Shown here one piece after another: positions 15,549-22,720 of a stretch of DNA of 25,460 bases. The DNA is taken from contig JBBQYG010000049.1 of assembly GCA_038208905.1 (NCBI GenBank), positions 1 through 25,460 of the forward strand, read 5' to 3'. Source of the stretch: Candidatus Sumerlaeia bacterium. GTDB lineage: Bacteria; Sumerlaeota; Sumerlaeia; SLMS01. The notes beneath the pieces are model-generated. The model was not told where the DNA came from. It worked only from the letters and a program-made list of their open reading frames with translations, and did not search any database. A program made the position numbers and the translations under genes. Each line of letters begins with the position of its first letter. Positions within the stretch are counted from its first letter, which is position 1.

Positions 15549-17335
15549 AGAGCATCTACACCCTCCTTCTTGCTGGGTCGCTGGTTGTGGCCCAGGCAGC
15601 GGCGTCGCCAGGCGCCGAGACGGCAACGGAGTCCGTGTGGGACGACACCGCGCCCTACGCGCTTCCGCTCGACGTCGAGTGGGGCGCCGATGTCGAGCGG
15701 GATGGAATCCGCATGAGGCGGCTTGTCTATACAGGCTCGGTCTATCAGGGTACTCCCCAGCGCGTGAAGGCCATCTATGGCCAGCCCGCGGGGAAGGGCC
15801 CGTTTCCCGCCGTCCTCCAGATTCACGGCGGGGGGCAGACGGCGTATCCGGAGAACGTCGCCTACTTCGTCAAGCATGGGTATGCGTGCCTCGCCTTTGA
15901 CTGGACCGGGCCGCGCGACGAGAGACCGGTGGAGGAGGTGACGCAGTGGAGCGTCGATTTCTCGCTCGTTGGGTACAGCGATTCCGACCCGGACCCAAGG
16001 CGCTGCATCATCTATCACGCGGTCACCGCCGCGCGTCGCGGTATCGACGTTCTGGTTATGCAGGACGGCGTGGATGCGTCGCGCATCGGCGTGGAGGGAG
16101 TATCCTGGGGCGGATTCCTCACGTGGCTGGTCAACGCGATCGATAGCCGCGTCAAGGTTGCCGTTCCCGTGTATGGCGTCGGTGGGGTTCGATCCCAATG
16201 GAACAGCATGGGCATTGGCCTCCGCCAGCAGCCCCAGCACTGGATCGACACGTGGACGCGGAACTACGATCCGCTGTCCTTCGCCAGCGAGATGCACGGC
16301 CCGGTGATGTTTGTGGACGGCTCCAACGATTTCTTTGCTCCATTGGATACCGCCGAGAAGATGCTGGGGGCGCTGAAGGTTCCCCATCGCAGGGCCTACA
16401 GCCCCAACAGGATGCACTCCCTGGCGCCGGAGCACGCCCGCGCGGCAATCGCATGGATCGACGCACATCTAAAGGGCGACGGTACGTTTCCCACCGAGCC
16501 GGGTATCGAGTTCTCCGCCGCCGATGGCGCCCTGACGGCGACAGTCCGGGCCGACGCGAGCAAGCCGATCACGTCGGTGCATGTTGACTACGCCCGCGGG
16601 TTCAGCCTTCCGCTGCTTCGCGGATGGGTCCCCGCGGACGCCACCGGCGCGGGCGATACGTGGACGGCGAAATTGACCACGGTGGACGCAACGAGGCCGC
16701 TCTATGCGATGGCCCAGGTGGCCTATGCCGACGGCTTCACCATGACGAGCCCTGTCCGCGAAATTATTCCCGCGGTCGAGTTTCCCGGATTAATCGGGAC
16801 GCTGACACCCTCCCCTGTGATCAGCGACTGGGGAGCGGATCCCCGCGAATGGTACATTAGGACGAGCGTTGATCTCTTCGCCGTCGAGAACGTGAAGGCG
16901 GTGCTGAGAAGCGCCGAGGTCGACGGGAAGAAGGCGATTCTCTACGACTCCCCCGAGAACTACTCCTCGCTGGAGGTCTCGACCCGAATGACCGCCGATC
17001 CCACCCGTGAAAACGGCGGCTCGCGATGCCTTGAGATATGGACCCACGATGTTAACTCGCTGAAGGTCAGGATGAATCACTTCCTGAGGAAGCCCGGCGA
17101 ATTGCAGTACGAAGCCTCGGCGACGCCGGGCAAGGGGTGGCAAAAGACCGTCCTCTGTCCCGCGCAGTTTCAGCGCTTCTCGGAGGACCGCGACGGAGTC
17201 GATCCGTCTCTCCCGGGTCCCACGAAGTGGAATGAACTCCATCAGATCACGCTTTTCGGAGAGCGGGAGGCTGACGGGCAGGTGGCGATTGGGTTGGTGC
17301 GATGGGTTGAAGTTGGCAGCACGAACAGCAACTGA
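15545..17335 (+). CDS. Exported alpha/beta-hydrolase (putative carbohydrate esterase) with C-terminal beta-rich domains
   Basis: Signal peptide; PAVLQIHGGG (oxyanion), GVSWGG (nucleophile Ser), GSNDFF (Asp), NRMH (His). GTG start overlaps the SSS stop (GTGA). Confidence 0.85.
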   Translation: MKSIYTLLLAGSLVVAQAAASPGAETATESVWDDTAPYALPLDVEWGADVERDGIRMRRLVYTGSVYQGTPQRVKAIYGQPAGKGPFPAVLQIHGGGQTAYPENVAYFVKHGYACLAFDWTGPRDERPVEEVTQWSVDFSLVGYSDSDPDPRRCIIYHAVTAARRGIDVLVMQDGVDASRIGVEGVSWGGFLTWLVNAIDSRVKVAVPVYGVGGVRSQWNSMGIGLRQQPQHWIDTWTRNYDPLSFASEMHGPVMFVDGSNDFFAPLDTAEKMLGALKVPHRRAYSPNRMHSLAPEHARAAIAWIDAHLKGDGTFPTEPGIEFSAADGALTATVRADASKPITSVHVDYARGFSLPLLRGWVPADATGAGDTWTAKLTTVDATRPLYAMAQVAYADGFTMTSPVREIIPAVEFPGLIGTLTPSPVISDWGADPREWYIRTSVDLFAVENVKAVLRSAEVDGKKAILYDSPENYSSLEVSTRMTADPTRENGGSRCLEIWTHDVNSLKVRMNHFLRKPGELQYEASATPGKGWQKTVLCPAQFQRFSEDRDGVDPSLPGPTKWNELHQITLFGEREADGQVAIGLVRWVEVGSTNSN

Positions 17336-17344
17336 GGAGAAGGC

Positions 17345-18349
17345 ATGAAAGCGGAAGCCGTTGTATTCACAGGAAAAGAGAAGGTCGAGTGGAGCGAGGT
17401 GGACGTCCCGGACCCCGGTCCGGACGACGTAGTGGTGGAGACCAAGTTTTCGTGGATCAGCAACGGGACCGAAGGGTCGTTCCTGCGGCAGGAGCGCTCC
17501 GACGGAGTGACGCCGTGGGAACCGGGCCACCCGCTGCCGTTTCCGATGGTGGCCGGCTATCAGAAGGTCGGCACGGTGGTCTCCACCGGCAAGAACGTGC
17601 ACGGATTTCGCAAGGGCCAGTGGGTGTTCGCGACCATCACCAAGCTCAACAACGTTCATCTCGGATTCGGCGGTCACGTGCGCGTGGGGCCGTCGGATGT
17701 GAACGAGGTCTATGCCCTCCCTGAAGGCGCCGATCCCGTGCGCTTCAGCGGGCTCGTGCTGACTCAGGTTGGCTACAACACAGGTGTCCGTCCCCCCGTG
17801 GAAGGCAAGACGAGCGCCGTGGTGGTGGGCGATGGCATGGTGGGACAGTGGGCCGCGCAGACTCTTCAAATGCGCGGGGCCAACGTCTGCCTTGTCGGTC
17901 GCCACGATCTGCGCATGAACATGTTCGACCAGCGTTGCGGCGACCTGAAGCTGAAGTCCCAAGACGCCGACTGGATTGCCAAGGCCAAGGACTGGGCCCG
18001 GGGAGAGTTTGACATCGTGGTGGACACCGTCGGCAACGACACGAACCTCGAAATCAACCTCAAGCTGATCCCGATGCTGCGCTACGGCGGGCACTATGTG
18101 ACCGCGGGCCACGAGGGCAACAAGTCGGTGATGGACCTCAAGGTGTTCATCTATCGCGAGGCGACGGTGCACCTGCCTTGTGGATGGACGCGCCCGCGCA
18201 TGGAGAAGACACTCCAGCTCGTCCACGAGGGGAAGCTGAAGACCCTCCCGCTCGTCACGCACCGCCTCCCCGCGCGCGAGGCCGCCAAAGGCTGGGAAAA
18301 TATTCTGCACCACCGCGACAAGACACTCGGCGTCATCCTCGAATGGTGA
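17345..18349 (+). CDS. MDR-superfamily (zinc-binding alcohol dehydrogenase-like) oxidoreductase
   Basis: ISNGTE, FPMVAGYQKVGTV, Rossmann GDGMVG, DIVVDTVG, LVTHR. No catalytic or structural Zn cysteines. RBS GAGGAG. Confidence 0.85.
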   Translation: MKAEAVVFTGKEKVEWSEVDVPDPGPDDVVVETKFSWISNGTEGSFLRQERSDGVTPWEPGHPLPFPMVAGYQKVGTVVSTGKNVHGFRKGQWVFATITKLNNVHLGFGGHVRVGPSDVNEVYALPEGADPVRFSGLVLTQVGYNTGVRPPVEGKTSAVVVGDGMVGQWAAQTLQMRGANVCLVGRHDLRMNMFDQRCGDLKLKSQDADWIAKAKDWARGEFDIVVDTVGNDTNLEINLKLIPMLRYGGHYVTAGHEGNKSVMDLKVFIYREATVHLPCGWTRPRMEKTLQLVHEGKLKTLPLVTHRLPAREAAKGWENILHHRDKTLGVILEW

Positions 18350-18374
18350 CGCAACTCAAGGAAAAGGAACTTCG

Positions 18375-19289
18375 ATGAAAGTATTGCTGGCAGGCGCCGC
18401 AGGTTATGTTGGCCGCTATTTCACATGGAAGGCTGAGGACCGCTACGACTTGCGGCTCTCCGACGTTGCGCCTCCGAACCCCGACCGCCTGCCTTGGGTC
18501 TATGGCGCCCTGGATGTGCAGCGCACGCCGGAATTCACGCCCAAGCCCTCCGCGCGTCACGACTTCAGCGTGGGCGACTTGTGCGACTATGACTACTGCC
18601 TAAAGATCACAAAGGACGTGGATGTTGTCCTGAACCTCTCCGGCCACGTCCGCCACGAGGAGCCGGTCGATTGCTTCCGCGTCAATGCGGTCTCCACGTT
18701 CAACTTGTTGGAGGCCGCCGTGCAGAACGGCGTGAAGACCTTCCTGACGGCGTCGAGCATCAACGCCTCCGGCTGGTTCTACTGCCGCTACACCAATCGC
18801 AAGCGCGATTGGCCATATTTCCCCGTGGACGAGAAGTACCCCACGGATCACGAGGACCCCTACAGCCTGGCGAAGTACTGCAACGAGCTGAACTGCCTCG
18901 CGTGGACCAACCGCACGGGCGCCACGACGGGTGCGTTTCGATTCTCCGGCGTCTTTCCGCCCGAGTGGACAAACATCTTCGCCTCGCGCGTGAAGCCGAC
19001 GGAGGTCTGGCCCGAGGAGTTGCACAGCTACGTCGATCTGCGCGATGTGGTGGATGGCCTGATCAAGGCGGTGGACGCAAAGGATCGCCTGCCGAAGTTC
19101 GGTGTTTACCAGATGGCGGCGCCAGACACCCAGATGCCGGAGCCCACGATGGAGCTGCTCGAGCGGTTCCACCCCGAATGGGTCAGCCGCGTGCGCGAGC
19201 CATTGCCGGGGCGCACGTCGCTGCTCTCCCACAAGGCTGCGCGCGATGCGTTCGGCTTCAACCCCGTCCATCACTGGAAGGAAATCTAG
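18375..19289 (+). CDS. NAD(P)-dependent epimerase/dehydratase-family (extended SDR) oxidoreductase
   Basis: KVLLAGAAGYVG, N...TFNLLEAA, ASSINA, PYSLAK (YxxxK), YVDLRD, KAARDAFGF.P. Confidence 0.88.
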   Translation: MKVLLAGAAGYVGRYFTWKAEDRYDLRLSDVAPPNPDRLPWVYGALDVQRTPEFTPKPSARHDFSVGDLCDYDYCLKITKDVDVVLNLSGHVRHEEPVDCFRVNAVSTFNLLEAAVQNGVKTFLTASSINASGWFYCRYTNRKRDWPYFPVDEKYPTDHEDPYSLAKYCNELNCLAWTNRTGATTGAFRFSGVFPPEWTNIFASRVKPTEVWPEELHSYVDLRDVVDGLIKAVDAKDRLPKFGVYQMAAPDTQMPEPTMELLERFHPEWVSRVREPLPGRTSLLSHKAARDAFGFNPVHHWKEI

Positions 19290-19294
19290 TCATC

Positions 19295-22200
19295 ATGCGG
19301 CTCCTGATTGGTACTCTGCTTCTCTGCGCCGGAGTCGTCCACGCGGCTCCCGTCGATGTGACCACGCTCGGCGTTATTCCCAACGACGGCAACGACGACT
19401 CCTCCGCCCTGACCGCCGCGTTGCAGAACAATCAGGAGCTGTTCCTTCCCGCCGGTGTCTATACGTTCAACAGCACGGTCTATATTCCTTCCCAGCGCCG
19501 CATCGCCGGCGCCGGGAAGGATGTCACGACGATCCAGCTCGGCGCCGACACGGTTGCCTTCCGTATCGAGGGAAGCAACAACGTCAAGGTCTCGGGGATG
19601 ACCATCAACCGACCCTTCGACAACTCCGTCGAGGAGGCGATCTTCGTCTATTCGGGCGCGCTACATGTCCATCTCGACAATATGCGCGTCACGAATCAGC
19701 GCAGCCGCGCCGCAGCCTTTGTTTTTAACACCACCACCAACTGTGCCGTCACCAACAGCGAGTTCATCGACGTCCAACGCCGCATCGTGGAGGATGGCTC
19801 CGAGCAGGTCTATGGCTCCGGCATCACCTTCAACGGATGCGCGGGTGTCCACGTCGAGAACAACACGGTAACCGAGACGCGCAACCTCGCGCTGACCAAC
19901 TCCACCAAGTACAATTGGTATCAGGCCGGCGCCATTCAGGTCAGCGGATGCCGCCAGGCCGTCGTCCGCAACAACCGCATCACGCTAACCGGCAACGGAA
20001 TCGACGTGGGCGGAACCCTTCACGCCATTGTCGAATACAACCAGGTGGATAATTGCCATGAGACGGGCATCAAGCTCGTCAACGGCTCCAGCAACCAAAT
20101 CGTCCGCAACAACTACGTCACCCGTTGCGGACTGGTGGGGATCTGGATGTCACCCGGCAGCGAGAACCTGGCAATCCGCGACTGCATCGTGGAAGACAAC
20201 GTCCTTGGCCAAATCGGCCAGGGGACCGGCGGAAACGACTACTGGGATGGCTGGTTCAACAGCACGGTGCCAGCCGGAATTCATATGGACTCAGCATCAA
20301 CCACGGCGCAGCGCTCACAGAACCTGACTGTCCGCAACAATTCATTCTACGACAACGCCAGCATGCAGAACGCGGTGATCATTCGCCCGGGTGGCACCTC
20401 TGCACAGAACGTGACGCAGACCAACAATCAGGTCCTGGCCGGAGCTCTGCCATCGCCCGGCCTACCGCCGAGCTTTCCCGATCAATTCGAGCTACCCGCA
20501 CTCAAGCCGCGGGTGGCCGCGTATGTGCCGGGATCGCTGCAGAATGCCACCGTGAGCCCATCCGATGGGATCGCCAAGGCCTTCGACCAAATTGCCACTA
20601 CGCGCGCACTGTTCAATGATGCCGGGCATTCGCCCACGGACCGGTGGCGTTTCGATGTGGATATCCAGTCGGAGCTGCTGGTGGAGTCACTTGCGCTCTA
20701 TGGCGAACACACCTACCGCACCGACGAGGCCTCGCCCGGCGGCGTCGTGGATATTGCGGCGTCCAATAGTCCAACCGGGCCGTTCATCAGAATCGGCACA
20801 CGCAACTTTGGCGCTGACAGAGCCACGAATCCGTTCACCGGCGGCAAGGGCAAGCGCATCCACGTGACGCCGACGACGGCACGCTACCTCCGCATATCGG
20901 GCGGTCAGTGGTCCAACACTTTTGACAACAACGTGATCATCAGCGAGGTGATCGTGAATCCCCGCATCGTGCTCGACAACTACTCGCCGATTCACAACCC
21001 CGGATATCCGCTTCCCAACTCGGCATCGGTACCCCAGCAGTCGACTTGGAATGTCGGCGGTGGGTTCGAGAATGATCGCGTCGGACTCGACTTGGTTGAT
21101 GGCAAGCTCATCACGCGGCTGATCCCGACCAAGCGCATGACATTCCTTCTCGACATGGCCCCGCGGCTTGGAACCGTGGCCGACGTCGATGCGTTCATCT
21201 TTCATCGCGCTGCCGTTGGGTCGGAAAGCTTCCTGCCAAAGTCCGGAACGATTCGCGCTTCCTCCACGAATGATCCCGCCAACATGGACCTCGTGGTGGC
21301 CACCTTCGACGAGCCAGCCGCCCATACGCGCGTGGTTGTGCCAGTGGACCCCGCCGCAAAGGGGCGTTATTTCCAGATCGAACTGAACACTAGCCAGGCC
21401 GGCAGCTCGGCGGATGACGCCCACCGCATTGGCGAGGTTGATTTCTTCGGGAGGATCGTGGAAGACACAATCACGCCGGTGCCAACGCCGACGCCAACGC
21501 CCTCCCCGACGGCGACTCCTTTTCCCAGTCCCACCGGCACCCCCAACATCGTGGACGTGACCTCCTGCGGCGCGATTCCCAACGATGGGCTGGATGACTC
21601 GGCTGCCTTCGCCCAGTGCCTCCTGACGGCGACCACGCTCAATGTTCCACCGGGCGTCTATCACTTCGCCCAGACGGTGTTTATCCCCTCAAACCGCGTG
21701 ATCCGCGGGGCGGGAATGGAGGAAACTTCGATTGTTCTCCTCCGCGACACCGGGGCGTTCCGCATCGACAACAAGCATAATGTCACAATCTCGGACCTGA
21801 CCATCGACCGGCCCTTCGACAACTCCCTTGAGGAGATGGTTTTTGCGTACAACGGGTCCACCTACGTGACCTTCGAACGCATTCGCTCGCTCAACAATCG
21901 CTCACGCGCTCCGGCGCTGCGCTTCATCGGCACCGCCAACGGCACCGTGCGCGATTGCATCGTGATCGACACCCAGCGCCAGATTTTCGAGGACGGGAAT
22001 CTGTACACCTACGGATCGGGAATCACCTTCGAGCACTCCGATCAGGTGCTCGTCGAGTGCAACCGCGTCATCGAAACACGCGACCTTTCGATCGAGAATT
22101 CGCCTCTCCAGGGAACCAACACCTACTATCAGGCGGGGGCCATTCAGACTTCGAGCTGCACGAATGTAACAATCCGCGGGAACTATGTATATCTCTCCGG

Positions 22201-22720
22201 CAACGGCATCGATGCGGGAGGAACATTCCCCGCTTTGATCGAAAACAACTGGATCGACAACATTCAGGCCACGGGAATCAAGCTCGTCAACGGCTCCGCC
22301 CATCAGATTGTCAGGAACAACTACCTGACCCGTTGCGGCATCAATGCGATCTGGCTGAGCCCCGGCAGCACCGATCTCCCCACGCACAACTGCCTGGTGG
22401 AAAACAACACCATCGCCGAAACAGGTCAGGGAGTTGGCTTTGCCTACTGGCGTGGCTTCATGGGCAACACCGCGCCCGCAGCCATTCACCTCGGCGAAGC
22501 CAACAGCTTCGCGGGCCGCTGCTATGACAATATCATCAGAAACAACATCACCTATGACGATCCAGAGATGGTGGACGATGTCATCGTGAGGCCCAGCGAC
22601 TTCGCCGCGATCAATACAACCATCGAGGACAATCAACTGCTGACCGGCGAGCCGCCCGCGCCCCCGGCGAACTGCTCGGGCCAGTCAACCGCCGGAACCG
22701 AGCTATGGAGAATCGAGTGA
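19295..22720 (+). CDS. 1141-aa secreted multidomain protein: beta-helix, discoidin-like module, Pro/Thr linker, duplicated beta-helix, Trp tail (putative polysaccharide lyase/hydrolase)
   Basis: Signal peptide MRLLIGTLLLCAGVVHA at ATG 19295, 5 nt after the upstream stop. Pectate_lyase_3/GH28-like cap (DVT..G.IPNDG.DDS.A...LPAGVY) occurs twice. Asn-ladder repeats and a TPVPTPTPTPSPTATP linker are present. The track's 18671 start overlaps the SDR gene and is rejected. Confidence 0.85.
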   Translation: MRLLIGTLLLCAGVVHAAPVDVTTLGVIPNDGNDDSSALTAALQNNQELFLPAGVYTFNSTVYIPSQRRIAGAGKDVTTIQLGADTVAFRIEGSNNVKVSGMTINRPFDNSVEEAIFVYSGALHVHLDNMRVTNQRSRAAAFVFNTTTNCAVTNSEFIDVQRRIVEDGSEQVYGSGITFNGCAGVHVENNTVTETRNLALTNSTKYNWYQAGAIQVSGCRQAVVRNNRITLTGNGIDVGGTLHAIVEYNQVDNCHETGIKLVNGSSNQIVRNNYVTRCGLVGIWMSPGSENLAIRDCIVEDNVLGQIGQGTGGNDYWDGWFNSTVPAGIHMDSASTTAQRSQNLTVRNNSFYDNASMQNAVIIRPGGTSAQNVTQTNNQVLAGALPSPGLPPSFPDQFELPALKPRVAAYVPGSLQNATVSPSDGIAKAFDQIATTRALFNDAGHSPTDRWRFDVDIQSELLVESLALYGEHTYRTDEASPGGVVDIAASNSPTGPFIRIGTRNFGADRATNPFTGGKGKRIHVTPTTARYLRISGGQWSNTFDNNVIISEVIVNPRIVLDNYSPIHNPGYPLPNSASVPQQSTWNVGGGFENDRVGLDLVDGKLITRLIPTKRMTFLLDMAPRLGTVADVDAFIFHRAAVGSESFLPKSGTIRASSTNDPANMDLVVATFDEPAAHTRVVVPVDPAAKGRYFQIELNTSQAGSSADDAHRIGEVDFFGRIVEDTITPVPTPTPTPSPTATPFPSPTGTPNIVDVTSCGAIPNDGLDDSAAFAQCLLTATTLNVPPGVYHFAQTVFIPSNRVIRGAGMEETSIVLLRDTGAFRIDNKHNVTISDLTIDRPFDNSLEEMVFAYNGSTYVTFERIRSLNNRSRAPALRFIGTANGTVRDCIVIDTQRQIFEDGNLYTYGSGITFEHSDQVLVECNRVIETRDLSIENSPLQGTNTYYQAGAIQTSSCTNVTIRGNYVYLSGNGIDAGGTFPALIENNWIDNIQATGIKLVNGSAHQIVRNNYLTRCGINAIWLSPGSTDLPTHNCLVENNTIAETGQGVGFAYWRGFMGNTAPAAIHLGEANSFAGRCYDNIIRNNITYDDPEMVDDVIVRPSDFAAINTTIEDNQLLTGEPPAPPANCSGQSTAGTELWRIE
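21473..21543 (+). repeat. Pro/Thr low-complexity linker
   Basis: Encodes TPVPTPTPTPSPTATPFPSPTGTP between domains. Confidence 0.85.

Noticed and set aside
17290-17335. Trp near the C-terminus of the alpha/beta hydrolase as another tail motif
   Set aside because: The Trp is 10 residues from the end, within a likely final beta-strand (IGLVRWVE), and has no preceding linker.
16790-18313. 507-aa antisense ORF, and similar long shadow ORFs such as 2227-3297, 5214-6383, 6229-7221, 12333-13361, 14526-15626 and 20687-21664
   Set aside because: They lie opposite well-supported genes and show no family motifs. Long stop-free antisense frames are expected in high-GC coding DNA.
18671-19294. 208-codon N-terminal extension of the 1349-aa ORF overlapping the SDR gene
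   Set aside because: Arg/Gly-rich off-frame read of the SDR gene. A clean signal peptide begins at ATG 19295, just after the SDR stop.
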